A DNA stretch of 64,000 nt from Anaerohalosphaeraceae bacterium. GTDB lineage: Bacteria > Planctomycetota > Phycisphaerae > Sedimentisphaerales > Anaerohalosphaeraceae. The stretch covers positions 64,001 through 128,000 of the forward strand of contig CAXXSL010000005.1 of the NCBI GenBank assembly GCA_963675525.2, written 5' to 3'. Under the pieces are notes generated by a model, which saw only the letters and a program-made list of their open reading frames with translations, was not told the origin of the DNA and ran no database searches. Made by a program: the position numbers and the translations under genes. How positions within the stretch are numbered: the first letter of the stretch is position 1; each line of letters starts with the position of its first letter. Of the stretch, positions 1 to 8,861 are shown piece by piece.

Positions 1-1
1 G

Positions 2-652
2 GCCGTCCCCGATTTGTTAGTGATCACGGATGTCTGCCTGTGTGCCTATACGGACCACGGTCATTGTGGTCTTATTAAAAACGGCAAGGTCGATAACGAC
101 CCGACGCTGGAATTGCTTGCCAAAATGGCTCTGGTCCATGCAAAAGCCGGCGCCGATATGGTGGCTCCGTCCGACATGATGGACGGCCGGGTTGGAAAGA
201 TTCGCGAGACACTCGACGCTGCCGGTTTTTCAGACACACCGATCATGTCGTATGCGGCTAAATACGCTTCGGCTTATTATGGCCCATTCCGAGAAGCGGC
301 TCATAGTACGCCCGACAAAGGGGATCGTAAAAGTTATCAGATGGATTCCGGCAACAGCGATGAGGCTATCCGTGAAATGAAACTGGATAGTGAGGAAGGC
401 GCCGATATTCTTATGGTCAAGCCCGCATTGCCGTATCTGGATATTATCTGTCGCGCCCGCCGGACGTTTGAACTTCCGATCGCTGCCTATAATGTGTCGG
501 GCGAGTACATGATGATTCAGTCTGCCGCCGAACAAGGACTGATTGATCGCGATGCGGTGATGATGGAAACGTTAACATCGATCAAACGGGCTGGCGCTGA
601 TATCATAATAACTTATTTCGCCAAAGATGCTGCACGCATCCTGAAGACTTAG
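2..652 (+). CDS. hemB: Porphobilinogen synthase (delta-aminolevulinate dehydratase), 5' partial
   Basis: [16 protein letters not shown] zinc motif, [31 protein letters not shown]; frame open to the window edge. Confidence 0.97.
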   Translation, partial: AVPDLLVITDVCLCAYTDHGHCGLIKNGKVDNDPTLELLAKMALVHAKAGADMVAPSDMMDGRVGKIRETLDAAGFSDTPIMSYAAKYASAYYGPFREAAHSTPDKGDRKSYQMDSGNSDEAIREMKLDSEEGADILMVKPALPYLDIICRARRTFELPIAAYNVSGEYMMIQSAAEQGLIDRDAVMMETLTSIKRAGADIIITYFAKDAARILKT

Positions 653-773
653 CCGATGGAAGTGGTTTTTTTATCTACGGCATTGCCTTTATTGCGTATG
701 GTTTAATGGTGGGTCTGGTGCAAAGGATGCGGCGTTTTTTGTGAAATTCACTTACCGCTTGTCAAGTAATGGG

Positions 774-1709
774 TTAGTGTTCTTTTTCGCAGCGCAGTTC
801 CTCTAAGATATCTCTGCCGCCCTCATCGAGAATTTCCTGAGTGAGCAACTCGGCCGTTTCCATTGCCTTGCTGACCGGACATGAGACGTACTTGTTGACC
901 TGTTTCGTCACACTAAGATTACACAGGATCGCATGAATATGGATAGTATCATTTTCAATGCGAGAATACACTCCCAGTGGAATGCTGCATCCGCCATGCA
1001 AATCGGCAAGAATTTTCCGCTCAGTCTCTGCGGTGATCCTGGCATTTGAGTTATCAAGTTTTGCGACGAGTTCGCACAATTCGACGTTATCTTGTCGAGT
1101 CTGTATAGCTAACGCGCCCTGACCCGGAGCGGGAATAAATTCTTCAGGGGGCAAAACGAACGAGATATGATCGGACAGGTTCAACCGGTTCATACCTGCC
1201 TGAGCGATCACGATTGCATCGAACTGACCTTCCTGTACTTTTCTGATTCGTGTCTCGACGTTGCCGCGTAACGGCCGGCAATTCAGGTCGCCCCGGATGA
1301 GTTTCAACTGGGTGATCCGGCGGAGACTCGAAGTACCTACCGTCGCATTTTTAGGCAGGTCATGGACAGAAAAAATAGCCTGTCCGGCTACGATGACATC
1401 GTTGACCTGTTCCCGTTCAGGAATGGCCGAAACAACGAGTCCCTGGGTGATGGTAGTAGGCAGGTCTTTGAGACTGTGAACGGCAACATCTCCTTGGCCA
1501 TCCAGCAACGCTCGTTCAACTTCGGACGTAAAAAATCCAACCGAACTGGATTTATAAAGAAAATCAGATTTATCCTGATCCCCCTTTGTGGATATAACGA
1601 CCATTGAAACGGGTACACCAGGAGCCAGTAATGACAAGCGGCTTTTGGTCTGATTGGCTTGGGCTAGCGCCAATTTACTGCCTCTGGTGACGATTCGTAT
1701 CTCTTTCAC
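774..1709 (-). CDS. hemC: Hydroxymethylbilane synthase (porphobilinogen deaminase)
   Basis: TRGSKLALAQ, AVHSLKDLP, GTSSLRR, RGNVETR, PAPGQGAL, GGCSIP. Confidence 0.97.
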   Translation of the reverse strand: MKEIRIVTRGSKLALAQANQTKSRLSLLAPGVPVSMVVISTKGDQDKSDFLYKSSSVGFFTSEVERALLDGQGDVAVHSLKDLPTTITQGLVVSAIPEREQVNDVIVAGQAIFSVHDLPKNATVGTSSLRRITQLKLIRGDLNCRPLRGNVETRIRKVQEGQFDAIVIAQAGMNRLNLSDHISFVLPPEEFIPAPGQGALAIQTRQDNVELCELVAKLDNSNARITAETERKILADLHGGCSIPLGVYSRIENDTIHIHAILCNLSVTKQVNKYVSCPVSKAMETAELLTQEILDEGGRDILEELRCEKEH

Positions 1710-1818
1710 TATATAGTATCTTCCGAATAAGGACTGTTTCAGTCGTTATTATAATGGTTTTGGAATGTGATTTCAAGGAGGATTTAAGGCAAGATTTTTT
1801 GATATAATTAAGCTTTCC

Positions 1819-1848
1819 TTGTATTATAATTATTGTTTTTAGTATAAT
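1819..1848 (+). promoter_or_regulatory. Candidate sigma70 promoter for the ahbB-hemA-ahbDC operon
   Basis: TTGTAT-N18-TATAAT in the AT-rich divergent region between hemC and ahbB. Confidence 0.35.
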
Positions 1849-1909
1849 CCGTAGACATTCTTATTTTCTAAAATGTAACTGTAGATAGCAATGCACGGTA
1901 TTCTCGAAA

Positions 1910-2392
1910 ATGAAAAAAACATTAAACGATCTCGAACGGAAGATTTTAAGTGCTATTCAATATGGCATGCCAATATCTCGCTCGCCTTTTCAGGATTTAT
2001 CCGAGACATTGGGAATTTCGACGGATGACTTGCTTGAAATACTTCGGAAATGGAAAGCAGAGGGGAAGATTCGTCGCCTCGGTGCGATCGTTAACCATTT
2101 TCGAATGGGGCATGGGGTAGGAGCCATGGTTGTCTGGAATGTCCCACAAGACAGGATCGATCAGGCCGGAGAATTGTTTGCTTCCTGCCCGAAGGTTTCA
2201 CATGCCTATCTGAGACCTTCCAGTGAACAATGGCCTTATAATCTTTATACAATGGTCCACGCTTCAGGCGACAGCGAACTTGAGGCAACGATTGGGTCTA
2301 TGAGTTTCAGTAGCGGGATTATGGAATTTCGCCAGTTAAAAACCGTCCGGGAGCTTAAAAAAGTCCCGCCGACCTATATCATTGAACAATAA
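1910..2392 (+). CDS. ahbB: Siroheme decarboxylase subunit beta (Lrp/AsnC-like, NirDLGH family)
   Basis: N-terminal HTH, GKIRRLGA, VSHAYLR, WPYNLYTMVH; heme cluster context. Confidence 0.85.
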   Translation: MKKTLNDLERKILSAIQYGMPISRSPFQDLSETLGISTDDLLEILRKWKAEGKIRRLGAIVNHFRMGHGVGAMVVWNVPQDRIDQAGELFASCPKVSHAYLRPSSEQWPYNLYTMVHASGDSELEATIGSMSFSSGIMEFRQLKTVRELKKVPPTYIIEQ

Positions 2393-2410
2393 TTATTGTC
2401 TGGGGTTATT

Positions 2411-3295
2411 ATGCTTGAACTACTGCCTTTGGAAAGGCACCTGTTTCTGGGGATACTGATATTATCTGTCATTTCTTCGGTTTTGGCTTATGTACAGATT
2501 GTCAGGGATGATGTCAAGTTCAGGCGACAGTTGGTGGCATTTGCGTCCGTGCAGATATCCCTTAGTGCGGTCTTGCTGATTCTCAGGGCCGTAACCATCA
2601 AGGCGTTTCCAATTACCGGGGTTTTCGAGTCCATGTTGATTCTGATGATCTTCATCGGGATCACATTTCTGTTTCTTTCCGCTTTTTTGCAGCAAGTGTG
2701 GTTTTTGTCGATCATGGCTTGGATGCTTTTGGGTATTACTTTATTGGGTGCGGTTGTTGCCAAGCCCGCCGCTGTTCTTCAAGATGCGGCCCGAACACCT
2801 TGGGTGATCGTTCATGCTTTATCGATGTCGCTGGCCGGGGCTATGATCGTTTTTGCTGCGGCGATGGGCGTGCTTTTTTTGTGGAGCCGAAAACGCCTGA
2901 AAAGTAAACGATTCTTAACCTTATTTGGTAAGATGCCAAGTATCGAAAAGTTGGAAAAGCTGAATCTATTGGGCCTTCGCCTGAGTTTTGCCGCGATGAC
3001 ATTTGGACTTGTCAGCGGCATTGGACTGATCGCGGTCAAATCCGCAGGACTTGGCATGACGATCGGAGACTGGCTGACGGATTCAAAGATCGTGATGGTT
3101 GCAGTGGCGTGGGTTATCTTGCTATGCACCCTGATATTACGACGTTTACTGGCGTTCAGCGGAAAAAGAATTGCTCAGGCAACGCTGATCGTTTGTTTTA
3201 TGATTTTGTTTGCATTTATCGGCAGCAAAATATTTTGTAAGTCAGGTCATGACTTTGAACGCGAACCGCAAACCCTAAGCGATCAGGTTGAATAG
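2411..3295 (+). CDS. HemX/CcsA-like membrane protein (cytochrome c assembly protein family)
   Basis: About 8 hydrophobic segments, conserved His (WVIVHA), MPSIEKLE, degenerate W-rich motif (DWLTDSK); directly upstream of hemA. Confidence 0.75.
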   Translation: MLELLPLERHLFLGILILSVISSVLAYVQIVRDDVKFRRQLVAFASVQISLSAVLLILRAVTIKAFPITGVFESMLILMIFIGITFLFLSAFLQQVWFLSIMAWMLLGITLLGAVVAKPAAVLQDAARTPWVIVHALSMSLAGAMIVFAAAMGVLFLWSRKRLKSKRFLTLFGKMPSIEKLEKLNLLGLRLSFAAMTFGLVSGIGLIAVKSAGLGMTIGDWLTDSKIVMVAVAWVILLCTLILRRLLAFSGKRIAQATLIVCFMILFAFIGSKIFCKSGHDFEREPQTLSDQVE

Positions 3296-3299
3296 TTTT

Positions 3300-4616
3300 A
3301 TGCAGATTTTACTGATTGGTATTAATCATAAGACGGCGCCTGTTGAGGTTCGTGAACGGCTTGCATTCGAATCAGAACTTGTTTGCGATGCGTTGGCCAG
3401 TCTCTGCGAGACATACCCCGGTTCCGAATTTACCTTGTTATCCACCTGTAACCGCGTTGAGTGCTATGCGGTTGTTGATAAGGTGTCCGGGCCGAAACCC
3501 TCGGAGTTGGCCAAATGGCTCACCGATTTCAGGTCGGTTGAGTTTGCGCCGGTTGAACAATATCTCTATATTAAAACGAATGAAGATGCGGTCACGCACC
3601 TGTTCACCGTGTCGGCCAGTCTGGACAGTATGGTGATTGGTGAAAACCAGATCACCGCTCAGGTTAAGGAGAGTTATAAGATCGCCTGCAAATGCCGGGC
3701 AGCAGGAAAAGTGTTGAATCGTCTTTTCCATGATGCCTTTCGAACGACCAAAGAGATTATTACAAAGACGTCCATTTCCAATCGCAGAGTTAGTGTGGCA
3801 GGGGTTGCCGTTGATCTGGCCAGGCAATTATTTTCCGATATCAAATCGGCTAAAGTGGTAATCGCCGGTGCCGGACAAATGGGAGAACTGCTGGTTGAGC
3901 ATTTTCGTCATGAGAAATGTCAGAACATTACAGTTGTCAATCGATCCTCGCAGCGAGGCTGTCAACTTGCTCAAAAACATGACGTTGACAATAAGCCCTG
4001 GGAACAGATCGATCAGGAGATCCTCGAGGCCAATATTGTCGTGGGTGCCGCCTCAGCGCCGGAAGGATATTTGTTCAGCAAGGACCGGATTAAATCGCTG
4101 GTGTCCCGGCGGCGAAATCAGATATTGCTGATCATTGATATTACAGTGCCGAGGAGTTTCGATCCGGCCGTCGGCAAGATCGAGGACGTTTACCTCTACA
4201 GCATCGATGATTTGGCACAGGTGGCTCAGGATAACATCAAGCTGCGTGAAGGTGACCTTGAGCAGGCGATTGAAATTATTTGTGAGTCGGTCTCGGCGTT
4301 CATGGATTGGTTTATGACGCGGGATGTCGGGCCCCTCATCGGACAGATCAGGGATGCGTTTGAACAAATTCGTGAAATTGAGATGGAAAAGTTTTTTGTT
4401 GGTCCGCGACAGCAAGCCTGCTGTAAAGAAATAATGGAAGCGTCGATGGGGCGGGTGGTTAACAAGCTCTGCCATTGTGTGATAAAAAATATTGACATTC
4501 TTTCTAAAGAGCATGGACCCGAAGAGGCCGAAAAGTTTGCTCATAATATTCTAGAAAACGCGAAACAAATTATTTCAGAAGACGAAAAAAAACTCAATAA
4601 TGAACCTAATATCTGA
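3300..4616 (+). CDS. hemA: Glutamyl-tRNA reductase
   Basis: GINHKTAPVEVRE, LSTCNRVE, SLDSMVIGENQI, GAGQMG, DITVPR. Confidence 0.97.
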   Translation: MQILLIGINHKTAPVEVRERLAFESELVCDALASLCETYPGSEFTLLSTCNRVECYAVVDKVSGPKPSELAKWLTDFRSVEFAPVEQYLYIKTNEDAVTHLFTVSASLDSMVIGENQITAQVKESYKIACKCRAAGKVLNRLFHDAFRTTKEIITKTSISNRRVSVAGVAVDLARQLFSDIKSAKVVIAGAGQMGELLVEHFRHEKCQNITVVNRSSQRGCQLAQKHDVDNKPWEQIDQEILEANIVVGAASAPEGYLFSKDRIKSLVSRRRNQILLIIDITVPRSFDPAVGKIEDVYLYSIDDLAQVAQDNIKLREGDLEQAIEIICESVSAFMDWFMTRDVGPLIGQIRDAFEQIREIEMEKFFVGPRQQACCKEIMEASMGRVVNKLCHCVIKNIDILSKEHGPEEAEKFAHNILENAKQIISEDEKKLNNEPNI

Positions 4617-5715
4617 CCATAAACGTAAACTTCGCCTGTTGTTTTGGGAAAGTACCATCAAGTGCAATTTATCGTGTGCCCACTGCAGAAGGGTAGAGGA
4701 CGATGAAGCGGTTGTTTCTGATTTGACGACCGCTCAGGCGCAGAGCTTGATCGATCAACTCGCTCAGGTAGGACAGTCGCAGGATTTTATGCCGATCCTT
4801 GTGTTCAGCGGGGGCGAACCGCTTTGCCGAAACGACATTTTTGAATTGATCGATTACGCCGCAGCCAAAGGCATCAAGCCTGCATTGGCTACGAATGGCA
4901 CGCTCATTGACGAAGAAATTGCCGCTCGCATAAAAAGTGCCGGCGTCGAACGTGTTTCGATCAGTCTTGATGGGGCGACTGCTGAAATACACAATAAGCT
5001 TCGAAAGCTTGAAGGTTCATTTGAGGCGGCGGTCAATGGGATAAAGTGTCTCCGTCAGTGCGGCATTCCCTTTCAGATCAACATGACCATCACACGCTTT
5101 AACGCCCATCAATTGGACGATATCTTCGTATTAGCTGGACAGTTAGGGGCTGTTGCGGTTCACCTGTTCATGCTTGTTCCGGTCGGTTGCGGGGAAGAGT
5201 TTGCCGAAGAGGATATGCTTTCGGCTGACGAATACGAGCGGTTATTGGAGCGGGTCGCCAAAAAGGAACACACCGGTCGTCTCGAAGTGAAGGTGACCTG
5301 TGGTCCTCATTACGAACGGATCATTCGTGAGCAGAAACTCGGGCCTTTGCCGACAGGACACTCGCCTCAGGCCCAATGCCCCGGCGGACATCCCGGCCCC
5401 AAACACGGGCCGATGTCCAAAGGCTGTCTGGCCGGATCGGGCGTCCTGTTCGTTGGTCACAGCGGTGAAGTTTTCCCATGCGGATACCTTCCGATCCATT
5501 GCGGCAATATTCTCCAAACGCCGCTAATACAAATATGGCAGGATAGTGCCGACTTGGCGAAAATGCGGGACACAGAACAGCTTAAAGGAAAATGCGGACA
5601 TTGCGGCTATCGGGCCGTCTGCGGGGGCTGCCGTGCAAGGGCCTTTGCCGCCACCGGCGATTATATGCAGGCCGAACCGATGTGCAGATACATTCCGCCA
5701 AATCGAAAACAATAA
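4600..5715 (+). CDS. ahbD: Radical SAM/SPASM heme b synthase (Fe-coproporphyrin decarboxylase)
   Basis: FWESTIKCNLSCAHCR, VTCGPHY, KGCLAG, C-terminal SPASM CGHC..CGGCRARA. Confidence 0.85.
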   Translation: MNLISDHKRKLRLLFWESTIKCNLSCAHCRRVEDDEAVVSDLTTAQAQSLIDQLAQVGQSQDFMPILVFSGGEPLCRNDIFELIDYAAAKGIKPALATNGTLIDEEIAARIKSAGVERVSISLDGATAEIHNKLRKLEGSFEAAVNGIKCLRQCGIPFQINMTITRFNAHQLDDIFVLAGQLGAVAVHLFMLVPVGCGEEFAEEDMLSADEYERLLERVAKKEHTGRLEVKVTCGPHYERIIREQKLGPLPTGHSPQAQCPGGHPGPKHGPMSKGCLAGSGVLFVGHSGEVFPCGYLPIHCGNILQTPLIQIWQDSADLAKMRDTEQLKGKCGHCGYRAVCGGCRARAFAATGDYMQAEPMCRYIPPNRKQ

Positions 5716-5740
5716 TTATGAAAACGATTAAAGGATAATT

Positions 5741-6988
5741 ATGATCAATGTTTCCAAGCTTTACTGCGACCAACTGACGCCGGGTGACTGGCTTCGTTAT
5801 GGGATTCAGGGCAGCCAGAGAGATGGTGAATGCGTCCCCAAAAAGGCATCCGAGCGCAGGCCGATCGTTGTCTGGAATATCACCAGTCATTGCAACCTGA
5901 AGTGTGTCCACTGTTACAACGACAGCGGAGCGAACGTCAAAAGCAACGAGGCTACGACCCCCGAGGCTAAAGCCGTGCTGGATAATTTGGCTGACTATGG
6001 CGTTCCATCCGTCCTGTTCAGCGGTGGAGAGCCGTTGACACGCAAGGATCTCTTCGAACTGATCAGCTATGCGGTCGACAAAGGTCTTCGCACCGTCATT
6101 TCCACCAACGGCACGTTGATCACCGCCGACAAAGCTCGGCAGATTAAGAAGATGGGCGTTTCGTATGTGGGCATCAGTCTTGACGGCATTGGCAAGGTCA
6201 ACGACCAGTTCCGCGGCGTCGAGGGTGCTTTTGACGATGCGGTCACCGGCATTCGAAACTGCATGGAGGCCGGCGTGCGGGTGGGCCTGCGGCTGACCCT
6301 GACCAAACGCAATGCTCAGGATATCGAGCGATTATTTGAGTTTTTTGAGAAAGAGGGCATCGAAAGAGCGTGCTTTTATCATCTGGTGCCCAGCGGCCGC
6401 GGCAAAGGAATGTTTGCCGATGCACTGACCCACGCCCAAAGCCGGAAGGCGATTGATACCATTCTTGCCAAAACAAAGGCGTTTAAAGAAGCCGGAAAAA
6501 ATACGGATATTCTCACGGTGGATAATCATGTGGACGGCGTGTATCTGTATCTCAAACTGCTTGCCGAAGACCCCGACAGGGCCGCCGATGTCTGGAAGCT
6601 GCTGACGTGGAACGGCGGGGGGCTGGCCAGCAGCGGCGTCGGGATCGGGTGCATCGATTTTAACGGTAAAGTCCACGCCGACCAGTTCTGGGGGCATGTT
6701 GACCTCGGCGATATCCACGAAAAACCGTTTAGCGAAATCTGGAGCGATGAAAACCAGCCTTTATTGAATGGTTTGCGAAACCGCAAGGCGATGATCAAAG
6801 GGCGATGTCGCCTGTGCAAATTCTTCGATGCCTGCGGCGGAAGCCTGCGTGTCCGTGCCGACCTGTATTACAACGACCCCTGGGCACCGGAACCGGCGTG
6901 CTATTTAACCGATGAAGAGATCGGTTTGGATGACTCAAAGAAGCAGGAGCTTGTCAGATCAGAAGCGGGTTTCAAACTGCCGGAATGA
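5741..6988 (+). CDS. ahbC: Radical SAM 12,18-didecarboxysiroheme deacetylase (Fe-coproporphyrin synthase)
   Basis: MINVSKLYC..LRYG, RPIVVWNIT..CNLKCVHCY, CFYHLV, ILTVDNHVDG, ADQFW. Confidence 0.9.
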   Translation: MINVSKLYCDQLTPGDWLRYGIQGSQRDGECVPKKASERRPIVVWNITSHCNLKCVHCYNDSGANVKSNEATTPEAKAVLDNLADYGVPSVLFSGGEPLTRKDLFELISYAVDKGLRTVISTNGTLITADKARQIKKMGVSYVGISLDGIGKVNDQFRGVEGAFDDAVTGIRNCMEAGVRVGLRLTLTKRNAQDIERLFEFFEKEGIERACFYHLVPSGRGKGMFADALTHAQSRKAIDTILAKTKAFKEAGKNTDILTVDNHVDGVYLYLKLLAEDPDRAADVWKLLTWNGGGLASSGVGIGCIDFNGKVHADQFWGHVDLGDIHEKPFSEIWSDENQPLLNGLRNRKAMIKGRCRLCKFFDACGGSLRVRADLYYNDPWAPEPACYLTDEEIGLDDSKKQELVRSEAGFKLPE

Positions 6989-6994
6989 TTTTTT

Positions 6995-7910
6995 TATCCA
7001 CCTGCCGCGGCGGGCAGATTGCACCGATTATCACAGATTTTTTTGGTGGTTATTGGTTTTTCTTGCTGAAAATGCGGTTTTTGGTGGTTTTCATGATGCC
7101 AAACGTGTCCAAACATGCGCCAAAGTGTGCCACAAATGCGCCAAAATGTGCCCAAAGGGCGCCATTTTGTGTCTAAAGTATACAGGTATACAAGAACTCA
7201 TGGACTCAAGAATGTGGAATCCCGACAAGTCGGGATGGCTGTTTGATTGGCCCTTCGACTATGCTCAGGGCAGAGCGGGCGATGGGGTTTCGCGCTCAGA
7301 TTCAATTGTAAAGGGTCTCACAGACCCGGGGGCTGAAACCGTCAAAAACGCCTTCGGCTGTTGACGATTTTAAGATACTATTCAATTTTGTGTATTATAG
7401 CAGGGTGGGGTGGGGATTGCGGCTGTTTTTTTGGAATTTTTGACGGGATTAACAGGTTTTTTTCACCACGAAAGCACGAAGAGACACGAAGATTTTTTAT
7501 TTTTTGTTTTCAATTCAGGATGTAAGGTGTATGATTTAGGGGCAACGTTGAGTAAGGATTTTTAACCACCGAGGCCGCTGAGGATACTGAGGTTTAAAAA
7601 TATACAGAAACCATCAGCCGTTGTTAAAACTACGGCTTGACAGGCGAATTAACGCGTACCCCAAGGGACGTCCCGTGGGGACGAGTAGACGCGAATATTT
7701 TTTGATGCCTGCCTTCATTTAATATTACGGCTCGGCAGGCAGATTAACACGGATTTTTTAATTATGGGTTTTGATAAAAGGAGAAAATAAAGAGAAAAAG
7801 GTGTCTGACCCCTTAAATTTTTACACAACATCGCCATCATCCTACTTGTCAAAGAGCTTTTCTACAGAGCATGTCTGACCCCTTAAATTTTTATGACCCC
7901 TTTAATTTTT
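6995..7910. repeat. Mosaic of short tandem, palindromic and nested repeats
   Basis: 9-bp-period repeats (7015-7039, 7465-7491, 7566-7592, 7741-7755), 21-bp tandem x4 (7094-7177), palindromes at 7219-7236 and 7707-7740, direct repeat TGTCTGACCCCTTAAATTTTTA at 7802-7823 and 7872-7893. Confidence 0.75.
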
Positions 7911-7933
7911 TCTGATTGAGGTGGCTTTTTTAC

Positions 7934-7961
7934 TTGTCCTATTTGGTGCCAGTGGTATAAT
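7934..7961 (+). promoter_or_regulatory. Candidate extended -10 sigma70 promoter
   Basis: TTGTCC-N16-TATAAT with TG upstream of the -10; GGAGG RBS before ATG 8010. Confidence 0.45.
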
Positions 7962-8009
7962 GCAGCGGAACTCAAACGGAGGGATGAATTTAAATTTGGA
8001 GGTTGGATT

Positions 8010-8825
8010 ATGAAAAGTGCACGTCTGTTAATTCTTTTTCTTGTTTTTTTATGTGGTTCAACAACGCTATTGGCAGATCAACTGTTCTGGACGGCGACTA
8101 AAGTAGGCAATGATTCTTATATGATTTCATTCTGGGCGGAGGTTGCCGGAGCGAATGAAATTTATATTAAGGGACCGCTGATGGCCGATTATGAGATCGT
8201 TGATATTGACGACGGCGGGTCTGAAATTGGCTGGAGAATGGTGGGGCTGACATTAGCTGGCATCAATGCGCAAAGCCAGGGGCAATGGTATGTAAAAGTA
8301 ACCTTCGACGGGCAGCCGGAAAATATCAGCTCGTTTAATATTATAGGGGGCATCGCTGATGTGGAGTTTCCGCCGGTGCCGACCATCACCTATCCGGCCG
8401 ATGGTGATTTGAATGTTATTGCGGAAGATTGCACGTTTGCCTGGGATTCGAATGGGGCCGAGAACAGCAGTCAATATCTAAGGGTTGATACCGCTGGAAC
8501 CGGCTTTGCTTATTCGGCAAAATCCAACTTCGGCACGATAGACCTTACCGATACCACTTGGCGGCCTGGCTGGCTCGAACAGGGCGAAGCGTTTATGAAA
8601 ATTGGATATTCGAATGTTATGTGGGATAGAAGGACGCCGATTGTCAATGAAAGCGGGATGGTTATTAACTGGCTCTCTAGTTTACCTATTCCGTTGTGGA
8701 TGTCGGGTGATCATGTTGAGTTTGAAGTGACGAGAACAATCGACCTGAATGATGATAATATTATCAACTTTGCCGATCTGGCCGTTATGATGGCGCATTG
8801 GCTGGAGACGCCGTGGGATTTTTGA
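8010..8825 (+). CDS. Secreted hypothetical protein with C-terminal dockerin/EF-hand-like motif
   Basis: Signal peptide MKSARLLILFLVFLCGSTTLLA; C-terminal IDLNDDNIINFADLAVMMAHWL. Confidence 0.75.
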   Translation: MKSARLLILFLVFLCGSTTLLADQLFWTATKVGNDSYMISFWAEVAGANEIYIKGPLMADYEIVDIDDGGSEIGWRMVGLTLAGINAQSQGQWYVKVTFDGQPENISSFNIIGGIADVEFPPVPTITYPADGDLNVIAEDCTFAWDSNGAENSSQYLRVDTAGTGFAYSAKSNFGTIDLTDTTWRPGWLEQGEAFMKIGYSNVMWDRRTPIVNESGMVINWLSSLPIPLWMSGDHVEFEVTRTIDLNDDNIINFADLAVMMAHWLETPWDF

Positions 8826-8835
8826 CCGGTGTATC

Positions 8836-8860
8836 GGGCGGCTTGCGCCGCCTCGCTTTT
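8836..8860 (+). terminator. Probable rho-independent terminator
   Basis: GGCGGC-TTGC-GCCGCC hairpin followed by a T tract, between converging genes. Confidence 0.5.
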
Positions 8861-8861
8861 G

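Noticed and set aside
739..752. TTGTGAAATTCAC as a Rex operator
   Set aside because: Wrong spacing for TTGTGAA-N4-TTCACAA and located between converging genes
6912..7364. ORF with CAKVCHKCAKMCPK as a possible cytochrome or ferredoxin substrate for CcsA
   Set aside because: Spacing is CxxxCH, not CxxCH; the Cys pattern is a by-product of the 21-bp repeat, and the ORF overlaps ahbC and runs through repeat DNA
7094..7910. Possible CRISPR array
   Set aside because: No constant repeat with unique equal-length spacers and no cas genes
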